Made by a program: the position numbers and the translations under genes. DNA of 64,000 nt from an uncultured archaeon (GTDB lineage: Archaea; Aenigmatarchaeota; Aenigmatarchaeia; CG10238-14; SCSR01), in the NCBI GenBank assembly GCA_964512235.1, contig CAZEGD010000001.1:106874-170873 (forward strand), in the 5' to 3' direction. Positions within the stretch are counted from its first letter, which is position 1. Each line of letters begins with the position of its first letter. This document shows positions 53,304-62,912 of the stretch, piece after piece. The notes beneath the pieces are model-generated. The model did not search any database, was not told where the DNA came from, and saw only the letters and a program-made list of their open reading frames with translations.

Positions 53304-56300
53304 ATGAAAGTTGAAGAGGCATTAAAAGAAACCATAGCAGAAAGGAAAGAAAGGGAGAAGCGAAAGCAGAGAATTAAAGCCGTTGCATTATCCATTCTAT
53401 TGATAACTTTAACTCTGATTGTTTTCAGGTATACCACAATAACAGGGATGATTACAAGATTAATAACAAAGCCTGAGCATGTGCAAGATTTGTCTATTTT
53501 GATTAATGAAAATCAAACCTATGATTGGATCTTAAGTGAAGTGTGCACAGATGCAAATTGCTATATCAACTCTGTCAGAATATCTGGAAAGATTATTGGA
53601 AATGATGGTTATGCAAAAGTGTATTTGGAAGATATTGGGGGAAACCGCTATCTCATTTTTGACAAAAGCATTGAAGAAAGTGGAAAATCTCCACTTACAG
53701 GAATGGGTGGGTTGCTGGAAATTCCAGAGCATATCAATCAAACCGTAAATGAAACTACAACTACTACTATCCCGAATCAAACAACTACGACTATAGTGCC
53801 TAATCAAACAACCACGACAACCACACCAAACGAGACCACAATGACAACGATTGAAACTACAACTACGACAACAACTTCTACAACTACTATTCCGAATCAA
53901 ACAACTACTACTTCAACCACATCTACTACCACTTCCACAACTACAACTTCTATGACAACTACTACGACACTACCAATAGAAATTGATTTTAATAATGAAT
54001 GTATAGAAACTTGCGATTTATCTGGAAAGAGTTTGAATGAAAGTTCCTTTATTTTAATTTTTGAACTGAGTGAAGGAGTTACTATTAACATCGATACCAT
54101 CAGTTACAGTTGGCAGTTGGAAAAAGAGATAGCTCTTCCTAAGAAAGCCAAAATAGAAAAGTCTGTAGTGAAAGATTCCAAGGGAAGAACGATTAATTCC
54201 ATACTTATATTGAAGGATTCGCGAACTAAGGATTTGATAGAAAGTATCTCCACAGATTCTGAGGCAACAATTGATATGGGTGAATATGACATTGAAATGT
54301 TACCTGAGCAGCATCCTGTCAAAAAACTAAGTTTAAAAAATGTCAGGGTGAACAAGAAACTCGAAAAGTTAGTTGATTTGGATGATGTGCCCGAGAGCAT
54401 CCCGACACCTGAAGATGTCAATGAATGGACGGAAGTCTATGCTATCGATCCCACAGAGCTCGATTTTGCAGAAGCGGAAGTGACTGTGACAGCCAAAGGT
54501 AATGCTTTGTATAAGTGTAAAGACTGGGATTTTGCTGCGCAAAGCTGCTACGGAGAATGGGTTAAAATAATGGAAATGACTCCAGGAGAAAATTATACAT
54601 TTACTTTAACACAGGAAGACCCTGGGTTTGGTGAAGCTAACATCACAATAATCAATGTCCGGAGCTATCCTACACTTTATGGGAATTGGACTGTCAGGTT
54701 TAACACTATTGGTACTGCTGATTTAACTGTTACAGCTGTCAATGGCACTGGATTTGGAAGAGATATAGAATTTTTGGAGCTGAGATGCGGAGATAATGTT
54801 TTAACGACTGAACTTACTGATGGTGTGGCTTTTGTTGAAAATTACAGCTGCAACGAAACTGGTCATGAAATCAGTAAAGTTCTGATAGCTGGCAAACATA
54901 CGCTAGAGTTTAGATTTGGAGATGATGTTGAATATGCTTACAATGATGTTGTAGTATACGAGACTGGTATAGTCCAAAATGTCAACGGCTGGACTCTAGT
55001 AGCTCTAGACACAAGTTACACAAATCCTGTTGTTATAGTTACAGGTCAAGAAGGTGCAGATATAAGTATGGATGTTGAGGCGTCTAGGCCAATGATAAGG
55101 AATGTCAGCTCCAATAGTTTTGAGGTGCAGGTTGTAAATGACGGTACTAATGTTGTGGAAGAAGATGTTGGCTATATAGTAATGGAAGAAGGTCATTGGA
55201 CAGTAGATGGAGTTGAAGTTGAGGCAGGAACTTATAGTGTAAGCTCAGCTGCTAGTACTCAAACAGTTACTTATGCTGAAACTTTCCCTGGGAACACTGT
55301 TGTGATTGATACTCTTCAAACAGAATGTTCAGAGACAGTTTCTTCAAGATATATAGAGAATAGTATGGGTTCAAGCTCTTTTCAAGTTTGGTGGGAAGAC
55401 TTCTCTGGTCTTACTAGCGAAACCAATTCTTGGAGTTGTGGAGCTGCAACAGCAGGATACATAGCAGTAGAATTAGGAAACTCAAGCAGTATATTCGAAA
55501 GTGGAATATATGATGAGTGTACTGCTGATCCTGGAAGTAGCGATTGGTGCAGTATCACCTTTAGCAATTCATATGCTTCAACACCCATCTTATTTGTTAA
55601 TCCTCATGATGTAGCAGGAAGTGATTCAGCAATTGTGGGAAGAAGAAGTTTAAGCACTACTGGGGTTGACTTAAGATCGACTGAATCAAGAACAGCAGAT
55701 GCTGAGCAAGATCACGCAACAGACGACATGCCTTGGATAGTTTGGACAGATGTGGATGTAGGCGCTCCGCCGACCTATTTTAATAATTCCACAAATACGA
55801 CAGTCGCAGGTCAGCCGACTTTATTCAGCTTGAATTGGACGAGCGAGAAGGGATTGAGTGGATATATTTTCAGCTTATATAATGGAAGTGATTACCAACA
55901 AGAAAGTTGTTCTGGAACGGCAAAAGACTGTAGTGAACACGACAATGAAGACGATTGTGAGTTATGTGGTTGTACTTGGTCAGGCTCAGATTATAACCAA
56001 ACAGTTATGGATTTGAACCCAGAAGCAAGATGGCTATTGAATGGAGATGGGACTGACTCTTCTGGTAATGGACATAATAGTGATGCTGAAACAACTCCAG
56101 TTTTTGTAGATAATATAATTCCAAACAACGATACAGCACAGTGTGGAGATTTTGTTCCAAATGATGAATACCAAATCCCAGACAGTCCTAGAATTAACAC
56201 TGGAACTGGCTACGCAGGAACAGAAAGGGCATTATCTGTGTGGATTATAGCTGACACGATAGATACGACAGGAAATGGGAGAGCAATCTGGACAGAAGGT

Positions 56301-58643
56301 GGTGGAAGTAACTCATTGAATATGTATACTTTTAATAATGGAACTCATGATAACATATACTGCAACGCAGTAGAAAGTGCTAATTATGATTATGTGTATA
56401 CACAAATAAATGAGGGAGAGTTATTACATGTCGGATGTATGTTTAATTTTGCTGGTGGAAGAATAGACATGTATATCAATGGAACATTAGTAAGTTCTGA
56501 TACATCATTGGTAGTTGGAACATCTTTAGCTTCTCACAGTGGAGATTGTGCAATAGGTGGTCAAGACTCCAATACAGACAATCATTTAGGAGCTTCAATG
56601 AGTGCTAATTTTGATGGTAGGATAGCAGATTTAGTATATTGGAGTGATGGTTCTGTCATAACACAACAAAACTTCTCAGGCATCTATCAAGCAGGTATAG
56701 ATACAGCTGGAGGCTGCTCGGGGACTCAAGATTCATGCGCTATAGGAACTTGTAATGCAACTTGTAGCTGTACGCATACTCCATATCTAGAATTTCACAA
56801 TGATACTTGGACAGCTTTTTCTGGAACAACTTGGTCTAACGTAACAAAGATAGTCAATTCAACAACAGGAGCAACTATAAAGTGGTGTGTTTATGCGAAT
56901 GACACGAATGATAGATGGAATGGAACTTCTTGCCAAAATCCATTCAGCTATATTACAACAGCTGGTGTTTCAAACAATGCACCTGTCCTTACTTCTGTAG
57001 ACGTAACAACGTCTTCACCAAACACTACAGAAACTTTGGATTGTGGAGCAAAAGGGTATGATGTTGACGCAGGTGAAGTGCTGAAAACGAATTTCACATG
57101 GTATCGTGATACTGGAACAGACTATGTTGCATGGACATCGGACGATGAGACAGAAGTAGCGACGACTAATGACACATATGTGAATACATCTGCAACTGGT
57201 GACATTGAATCAGCAGATACTGCTAAAACTTACAAATTCATCTGTCAGGCCACGCTTTACGACGATGGAGGAGCTTCAGATATTATGAACTCCAGTGCAG
57301 TAACCGTTGTCAACTCTCCTCCAAATCCAGACTCGAGTTGGAGCCCAGGGACTACACATGATCCCAATCAGGACTTTACGTGGTCGGAAGGGAGTGATGA
57401 TGACGGTGATGGAGTGACTTCTTATCTATGCATAGATGATGATTCGAGTGGAAGGGATAATGAAGTCTGTGATGCCTACTCCAACAGTGGTTTAGATTCT
57501 CCTGTCGAAGATGTTACTTTAACCTACGATGGAGCGAGTAAAACATATTATGGAAGATTGACAGCAACTGATGGTCAGGCCAACTCCACAGATTATGATT
57601 TCACATTCACTTTGACAAACGCTCAGCCATCCGCACCTTCTGCTGCTTACCTCGACGGGCAGACTACAAACGATACAACGCCTACTATAACTTTCACTAA
57701 AGGTACAGATAGTGATACAAGCCCGGTAGACACAGTAACACAGTATATTTCAGTAGACAGTTCAGGCTATACCGATTCAGGCGACACTTATACAACATCG
57801 GGCGACATAAATCAATTCACAATTGACCCTGATTTGAGCGATGGTACTTATTATGTCAGAGAATGGACAGACGATGGGACAGGCTCATCTAACACACGCT
57901 CGGACAATTACGAATATACTTTCACAGTTACATCGGTGATAAGAATATATTCCATAACAATCGAGCCAGATGAAGGCGATCCAGGCATAGTAGTTGACCC
58001 GCTAGCAGATTTGAACAAGACTGTCAACGTAACTGTAGTTGTTGCGAACTCGACCACTATTGATACATGTGAAATAAGAATTTTCAATGCAACATCAAGC
58101 TATGCTAATCCCGTATTTCAGTATATTGATGGGACTGTGCAAAACTGTGGTACAATGTGTGAATGTTTTAAAGAATGGGGTATGGAATATTGGAGGAATG
58201 ATGGATCTTGGAATGTGTCTGTTGATATCAATGTAACCAATGGACCTAGCAACTTCACCTCTCAGAATTTCACATACAATGCATTAACGTCGTTTGATAT
58301 AAACACTTCTACTATTACATTCGGCGGCATCCCGGGACAGACTGTGAACTCGAGCGACGCATATCCGTTACAAATCAAAAATACTGGGAACCAGATACTT
58401 GACTTTAGCTTGAATGGCTCTGACTTCATTGGGTTGGGCGATGCCAGCTATGTGGTGAGGGTAAATAATGCAACTTATAACGAAAGTGTTACCGGGGAAT
58501 TTAGGCAACTTACAGACGACTACTATCTGGCATATTCCAATACTGTTGGTAGTGGTTTTGTAAATGTGTGGTTCCGTGCATATTTGCCAGTGGGTTTCAT
58601 AGAGCAAGGTTACCAAGACGTTATAGAAGTTAAAGGTGAATAG
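53304..58643 (+). CDS. giant (1779-aa) membrane-anchored surface protein: Thr-rich stalk, Ig/PKD-like beta-sandwich repeats, LamG/ConA-like lectin domain
   Basis: N-terminal signal-anchor helix (IKAVALSILLITLTLIVF) and IPNQTTTT repeats. LNGDGTDSSGNGHN...DGRIADLVYWS is LamG_3-like. FTWSEGSDDDGDGVTSY is PKD-like. Very many N-x-S/T sequons. Confidence 0.85.
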   Translation: MKVEEALKETIAERKEREKRKQRIKAVALSILLITLTLIVFRYTTITGMITRLITKPEHVQDLSILINENQTYDWILSEVCTDANCYINSVRISGKIIGNDGYAKVYLEDIGGNRYLIFDKSIEESGKSPLTGMGGLLEIPEHINQTVNETTTTTIPNQTTTTIVPNQTTTTTTPNETTMTTIETTTTTTTSTTTIPNQTTTTSTTSTTTSTTTTSMTTTTTLPIEIDFNNECIETCDLSGKSLNESSFILIFELSEGVTINIDTISYSWQLEKEIALPKKAKIEKSVVKDSKGRTINSILILKDSRTKDLIESISTDSEATIDMGEYDIEMLPEQHPVKKLSLKNVRVNKKLEKLVDLDDVPESIPTPEDVNEWTEVYAIDPTELDFAEAEVTVTAKGNALYKCKDWDFAAQSCYGEWVKIMEMTPGENYTFTLTQEDPGFGEANITIINVRSYPTLYGNWTVRFNTIGTADLTVTAVNGTGFGRDIEFLELRCGDNVLTTELTDGVAFVENYSCNETGHEISKVLIAGKHTLEFRFGDDVEYAYNDVVVYETGIVQNVNGWTLVALDTSYTNPVVIVTGQEGADISMDVEASRPMIRNVSSNSFEVQVVNDGTNVVEEDVGYIVMEEGHWTVDGVEVEAGTYSVSSAASTQTVTYAETFPGNTVVIDTLQTECSETVSSRYIENSMGSSSFQVWWEDFSGLTSETNSWSCGAATAGYIAVELGNSSSIFESGIYDECTADPGSSDWCSITFSNSYASTPILFVNPHDVAGSDSAIVGRRSLSTTGVDLRSTESRTADAEQDHATDDMPWIVWTDVDVGAPPTYFNNSTNTTVAGQPTLFSLNWTSEKGLSGYIFSLYNGSDYQQESCSGTAKDCSEHDNEDDCELCGCTWSGSDYNQTVMDLNPEARWLLNGDGTDSSGNGHNSDAETTPVFVDNIIPNNDTAQCGDFVPNDEYQIPDSPRINTGTGYAGTERALSVWIIADTIDTTGNGRAIWTEGGGSNSLNMYTFNNGTHDNIYCNAVESANYDYVYTQINEGELLHVGCMFNFAGGRIDMYINGTLVSSDTSLVVGTSLASHSGDCAIGGQDSNTDNHLGASMSANFDGRIADLVYWSDGSVITQQNFSGIYQAGIDTAGGCSGTQDSCAIGTCNATCSCTHTPYLEFHNDTWTAFSGTTWSNVTKIVNSTTGATIKWCVYANDTNDRWNGTSCQNPFSYITTAGVSNNAPVLTSVDVTTSSPNTTETLDCGAKGYDVDAGEVLKTNFTWYRDTGTDYVAWTSDDETEVATTNDTYVNTSATGDIESADTAKTYKFICQATLYDDGGASDIMNSSAVTVVNSPPNPDSSWSPGTTHDPNQDFTWSEGSDDDGDGVTSYLCIDDDSSGRDNEVCDAYSNSGLDSPVEDVTLTYDGASKTYYGRLTATDGQANSTDYDFTFTLTNAQPSAPSAAYLDGQTTNDTTPTITFTKGTDSDTSPVDTVTQYISVDSSGYTDSGDTYTTSGDINQFTIDPDLSDGTYYVREWTDDGTGSSNTRSDNYEYTFTVTSVIRIYSITIEPDEGDPGIVVDPLADLNKTVNVTVVVANSTTIDTCEIRIFNATSSYANPVFQYIDGTVQNCGTMCECFKEWGMEYWRNDGSWNVSVDINVTNGPSNFTSQNFTYNALTSFDINTSTITFGGIPGQTVNSSDAYPLQIKNTGNQILDFSLNGSDFIGLGDASYVVRVNNATYNESVTGEFRQLTDDYYLAYSNTVGSGFVNVWFRAYLPVGFIEQGYQDVIEVKGE
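53748..53969 (+). repeat. in-frame Thr-rich low-complexity repeat (IPNQTTTT units) encoding the stalk
   Basis: Repeated ATCCCGAATCAAACAACTAC-like units, roughly aa 149-222 of the giant protein. Confidence 0.85.
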
Positions 58644-58700
58644 GATAAATGCACTTATACTTTAAAATCCAATTTAGATTGAGGAGCTGAGTGATATAAA

Positions 58701-59708
58701 ATGAAACCGCTCTTATTGTTGGGGATGATTGCCCTTTGCGTACTTGCAGTCTATGGAGTTACAACTTATTTTGGACCGATGTCAGAATTTTTAAGCGGTC
58801 TGGCAATCGCATCAAAGACTGGTACATTGGCCATCGGGAATGCAGCACCGGTTATAAACAACATATACATTAATGGAAGCATAACTACTGCTACGCCTAC
58901 AGATGTTGTAATAGACCCAACGTCAAATACGTCAATTACATTGGATGTAACCGCTCAGGTAACTGATAACAACGGTGATTGTGATACATTTAAAATAAAT
59001 AATGGTACTGCATATCTATGCGAAGGTGTAAGTGTGAGGTGTGACGCTAACACTGCCAACCACACTATTTATATGAATTACAGCTCAGATGCAGGGTTGT
59101 GGGGCACAGGTAACAAAGAGTGCAATATTACAAGCAATATAACATCAACTACAATTGCCGAAAAGGTGTGGTTCTTTGAAAGGAATGGTTCTTGGACAAT
59201 AAATATCAGTGTGACAGATGGTACGGACACTGTCGTGCTTACTAAGAATTTTACCGTCAATGAATTAAGATCTATTACTTATCCGAGTTCGGGGAGTACG
59301 GTAGATTTCGGTAATCCAACAGTTAATCAATGGAATGAGGGACTTGGTTCAAGTATATTGCAGAATTCTGGGAACATAATATCTGACGTCAGATGGAATG
59401 CATCAAACTTCACATCGGGTTCAAATGTGATCCATGTGAATGGCACAACTCTTGTAATCGACGATGACGGGACACGTGCAAGTGATGTTGGTAGTGAGAC
59501 CGAGGTAGAGCTAAGTGGTGGTGACCATTCGTCTCAAGTCTACTTTAATTACACCACTGGGGTGGTAAGATGTCCTAATTCACATTGTGGAGGCACTACT
59601 AATGCCACCATAGACATATATTGGCATCTTTACATTCCGGCTGGAACACCAGTAGGTACTTATACAAATGTGATCCAAATGGAAAATATAGATCACTATC
59701 CGGGTTGA
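58701..59708 (+). CDS. secreted two-beta-sandwich protein, paralogue of the giant protein's C-terminal module
   Basis: Signal peptide MKPLLLLGMIALCVLAVYG. Shares the patterns ..NGSW.(I/V).(I/V)S(V).. and ..N(S/T)GN.I.D.. with 57934-58640, and both end in YLP(A/V)G..(V/Q)G(T/Y). Confidence 0.75.
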   Translation: MKPLLLLGMIALCVLAVYGVTTYFGPMSEFLSGLAIASKTGTLAIGNAAPVINNIYINGSITTATPTDVVIDPTSNTSITLDVTAQVTDNNGDCDTFKINNGTAYLCEGVSVRCDANTANHTIYMNYSSDAGLWGTGNKECNITSNITSTTIAEKVWFFERNGSWTINISVTDGTDTVVLTKNFTVNELRSITYPSSGSTVDFGNPTVNQWNEGLGSSILQNSGNIISDVRWNASNFTSGSNVIHVNGTTLVIDDDGTRASDVGSETEVELSGGDHSSQVYFNYTTGVVRCPNSHCGGTTNATIDIYWHLYIPAGTPVGTYTNVIQMENIDHYPG

Positions 59709-59728
59709 TTTGAAAGGAGTAAGATAAA

Positions 59729-60325
59729 ATGAAAATGAAGTATGCGGGAACAACAATTCTGATATTTTTAATTGCAAATATGATGCTTGTGTCCTTAGTA
59801 CAAGCTATAGGGGTGACAAGGCCGGTACCGTTGGCTGTAGAACTGCTCCGTGGCGAGTCACAGGTCTTCAGATTCCAGGTACAGGCCACGACTTCAACAC
59901 TAGACCAGTTATGTAGTTACTCCATTAGCGGAGTCAGTCCACTTGTAGTAGACTTTGAAGAAGAAAGTGGCGTAACTGTAAAAGCCGGTGGAAAGGAAAA
60001 TGTCTACTTTACGATTATTGTACCAGAAGACGCTCCAATAAGAGGGTATCTGGGTAAATTAGCTGTTAGATGTGGTGATAAAAGAGAAGCTAAGGGAATT
60101 ACCGGATCTGCGGTCTATTCGACAATCAATTCACCGTTTAGCGTAGATGTTGTCTCCTTTAGAGAAGGTGAGAAACCAGAAATGGAAATTCCAGAGGGAC
60201 CTGCCGGTATATCAACAGAAATAGTAATTGTTATCATAATAGCTGCTGTAATATTAATTGCTGGTGTCTATTATTGGAGCAAAAAAAGTAGAAAGAAAAG
60301 GGTTAAGAGAAGGCCTAAGAAATAG
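59729..60325 (+). CDS. surface protein with signal peptide, one beta-sandwich and a C-terminal TM anchor
   Basis: MKMKYAGTTILIFLIANMMLVSLVQA. C-terminal IVIVIIIAAVILIAGVYYW followed by KKSRKKRVKRRPKK. Confidence 0.7.
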   Translation: MKMKYAGTTILIFLIANMMLVSLVQAIGVTRPVPLAVELLRGESQVFRFQVQATTSTLDQLCSYSISGVSPLVVDFEEESGVTVKAGGKENVYFTIIVPEDAPIRGYLGKLAVRCGDKREAKGITGSAVYSTINSPFSVDVVSFREGEKPEMEIPEGPAGISTEIVIVIIIAAVILIAGVYYWSKKSRKKRVKRRPKK

Positions 60326-61736
60326 GAATATAGTTCTAGTTGTAGCTGTAATTTTCATAGTTTTTGTTTTTACCTATTTTGTACGTATTGAGAGAAGCAT
60401 TACTTCTATGGTATTCCAAGGCTTTTTTATAACAGTTGGGAGACTGACTCAGAGTATACAGGTGTCCCTAACTATTCTTACGAACTATTTATACGATTTA
60501 GTAGTGGACTGCGATCAGGGAAGTGTTTATGTGGGAAATAGCGTATCTGCAGATATAACAATTAAGAATAATGGGAATTATGAGGGGGATATGACTGTCG
60601 AATGGTGGATTGAAGATACGGGTGCTACAAGATATACTTCTGCATCAACTGTGGTAAATATAAGTTCAGGGTACATGTGGAGAGCTACAAAAAGTCTAAT
60701 TGTGCCATCTACTACCGATGTAGGTATATACTATTTTAAAACAAACATTTCTACGGACGACTATTCTCTATCTGCACATGACAGTTTTGAAGTGTTGAAC
60801 GGTGTGACAACTACACCTCCACCAGTTGGAGGAGGTGGGATAGGATCACCTTCTGTAGAGACGACTACTACTATACCCGAAGATGTAGCCGAGGAAGTCG
60901 GATCAATTGAGATATTTTATCCACCGCATGTCATAGTAGTGACCAATTCGACAAAAGAAGTTAATATTCTAGTTAAAAATTCCGGTACTTTGGTTCTAGA
61001 CAAATTAAAATTACTTCTTCGAGGTATAGAACTTGACTGGGTTTCCGTCTATCCAGAAGAGATGATTCTCCGAGAGGGGGAGTCAAACAGCTTTAGAATT
61101 AATTTCTCCGTTCCCATAGATGTGACTTTGAGAGAGTACTCTATCAATGTAATTATAGAAAGTGAAGAGTTAGAGGAAAGACTCGACTTGACTTTTAGTG
61201 TAATAGAAACTCTTAAGAGGGAAGAATTTGAAGAAAAGAAGTCGGAACTAAGAAAAACGATTCAAACGCTTTCAGAGCAATTGGAATCTTTTGATGAGGA
61301 AAGGGAGGATGTAAGATCGGTTAAAGATTTATTGACATCTGCCAGTGAGAGAATATTGCTTGCTGAAATATATGTGGAAGATGAAAATCTGGAAATATGT
61401 AGTGAATTGATATATGAGGCTGAAGGTCTTGTAGTTCTATCCGAAAATGCTTTTAACAATATTAAAAACGTAAAGTCTAAGTCATTCTTGCCAGTAATGC
61501 TTCTTTCATTTACAGTGGCATCAACATCATTAGTTTCAATATTAATCATTAGGAAAGTCGGAGCGGGTAAGCTATACAAAAGACTGATGCTTTCTGTAAA
61601 GATTAAAAAGAGTAAAAGGGAAGAGGTAGCTACTATAATGAAGCTATTAAAAACTCTGGAAAGAGAAGTGGAGAACGATAAAATTAAACTGAAGGGTCTG
61701 AAAAGAAAGATATCAAAATCTCTAAAGTCTGGTTAG
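60258..61736 (+). CDS. membrane protein with CARDB-like and NEW3-like beta-sandwich domains, an acidic coiled coil and a C-terminal TM helix
   Basis: ADITIKNNGNYEGDMTVEWW is CARDB-like. VNILVKNSGTLVLDKLKL...DWVSVYP...REYSINVIIES is NEW3-like. The TTG/GTG start overlaps the upstream gene by more than 60 nt. Confidence 0.65.
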   Translation: MLVSIIGAKKVERKGLREGLRNRNIVLVVAVIFIVFVFTYFVRIERSITSMVFQGFFITVGRLTQSIQVSLTILTNYLYDLVVDCDQGSVYVGNSVSADITIKNNGNYEGDMTVEWWIEDTGATRYTSASTVVNISSGYMWRATKSLIVPSTTDVGIYYFKTNISTDDYSLSAHDSFEVLNGVTTTPPPVGGGGIGSPSVETTTTIPEDVAEEVGSIEIFYPPHVIVVTNSTKEVNILVKNSGTLVLDKLKLLLRGIELDWVSVYPEEMILREGESNSFRINFSVPIDVTLREYSINVIIESEELEERLDLTFSVIETLKREEFEEKKSELRKTIQTLSEQLESFDEEREDVRSVKDLLTSASERILLAEIYVEDENLEICSELIYEAEGLVVLSENAFNNIKNVKSKSFLPVMLLSFTVASTSLVSILIIRKVGAGKLYKRLMLSVKIKKSKREEVATIMKLLKTLEREVENDKIKLKGLKRKISKSLKSG

Positions 61737-61774
61737 AGACTATTGAAAGACTTGAATACTTTATTCTTTACAAC

Positions 61775-62173
61775 ATGGGTATGAAAACAGAACCCATTAC
61801 ACTGAGTATGACACGTAAATTGTATAAGGTTAGAGATTATTTGGAAGCTAATTATGTGTCTAGAGTTATAGAATACATGCGTTTGAATAGTGAGCATAGG
61901 GCGCTTTCAAAGGCTACAAATATTGAATTGAATGAACCGAAAACCAACGACTTAAGCTATTTCTCTTCTGAACTGATTGGAGATTTTGCGACAATTGTAC
62001 CTCTATTTGTAAGTGCTGCGAATGATTCACTACTTATGAAACTCATTGATGGTTCCATAGCTCTAATTTTTCAGCTGTATTTGGCAAATACATTTAGGAA
62101 ATACAAAAAGAAGCTCTTCGATGACGAATTCGGTAGAATGAAGAGTCTAGCGAACCGTATTACAATGCCATGA
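61775..62173 (+). CDS. hypothetical 132-aa protein
   Basis: ORF only, with one or two hydrophobic segments. Confidence 0.4.
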   Translation: MGMKTEPITLSMTRKLYKVRDYLEANYVSRVIEYMRLNSEHRALSKATNIELNEPKTNDLSYFSSELIGDFATIVPLFVSAANDSLLMKLIDGSIALIFQLYLANTFRKYKKKLFDDEFGRMKSLANRITMP

Positions 62174-62181
62174 TTAAATAA

Positions 62182-62571
62182 TTATTTTATCTGTTTCAGC
62201 GTCCTCTGACCGACGACTTCAAAGTATGTAACTTCTTTTCCCGCTTCCAAACTGTCTTTAAGCTCTTCTGGAATCTGCAATTCAAAGACTTCATAGCTCT
62301 CCATATCCATCAACTGGGCATTATCACCAGTTATGGCAAGCACTTGAGCAATATTCTTGTTGACTATAGGTATGCTTACGTTCTCATGCGCCGGCTTTAC
62401 AATGCTTCTCCTTGTCCCATCCAGAAGTCCTATGGCATCCACTCTCACTTTTGCATGACCATGCTTGCCAGTACTGCTAGTCTGTACTTTGTCGATTCTG
62501 CAGGGCGCATCATTAATTAGGACGAACCCTCCTCGTTTAAGTTGTTTAATCACAGCAGTAGTTTTTGCCAA
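62182..62571 (-). CDS. eif5a: translation initiation factor 5A (aIF5A)
   Basis: STGKHGHAKVRVDAIG hypusine loop. The TTG at 62571 gives a typical N-terminus (MAKTTAVIKQLKRGGFV). The TTG at 62604 would overlap the histone gene. Confidence 0.9.
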   Translation of the reverse strand: MAKTTAVIKQLKRGGFVLINDAPCRIDKVQTSSTGKHGHAKVRVDAIGLLDGTRRSIVKPAHENVSIPIVNKNIAQVLAITGDNAQLMDMESYEVFELQIPEELKDSLEAGKEVTYFEVVGQRTLKQIK

Positions 62572-62584
62572 GAAATCACCTTTG

Positions 62585-62794
62585 TCAATCCAACCTTGTT
62601 GCAAGCTTTATATCTTCAGCTTTTATCGTCACTCTTTTTGCATGCCTGCATGCAGCAATGGCTTCGCGCGCAATCTGCTCTGAAATCTCTAGCAAAGCCG
62701 TATGCAGCTCTTCTACTGCAGACATGGATACACGCTCGCCTCCCGCCTGCCTAGCTACACGCTCGAGTGGGCTCATGGGAAAATCCTTTACCAT
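62585..62794 (-). CDS. archaeal histone (HMf-type histone fold)
   Basis: 69 aa. PMSPLERVARQAGGERVS...LEISEQIAREAIAACRHAKRVTIKAEDIKLA. Confidence 0.9.
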   Translation of the reverse strand: MVKDFPMSPLERVARQAGGERVSMSAVEELHTALLEISEQIAREAIAACRHAKRVTIKAEDIKLATRLD

Positions 62795-62912
62795 ACAATT
62801 CTACCTCTATCTAATTTTAATTATTTAACCACCAACAAACCGATAATGTTATTTGTATTTAGAAAGTTTTATCTTTTATTGCAATATTTTATTATAAATC
62901 TATTATCTATGA

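Noticed and set aside
53748-54000. Considered the nucleotide repeats here as a non-coding tandem repeat or array. The antisense ORFs 53532-53900 and 53897-54100 were also considered.
   Set aside because: The repeats are in frame within the 1779-aa ORF and encode a Thr-rich stalk. The antisense ORFs are low-complexity shadows.
53304-58643. Considered a diversity-generating retroelement targeting the lectin-domain giant protein
   Set aside because: No reverse transcriptase ORF is present. I also saw no template/variable repeat pair with adenine-specific mismatches in or near the gene.
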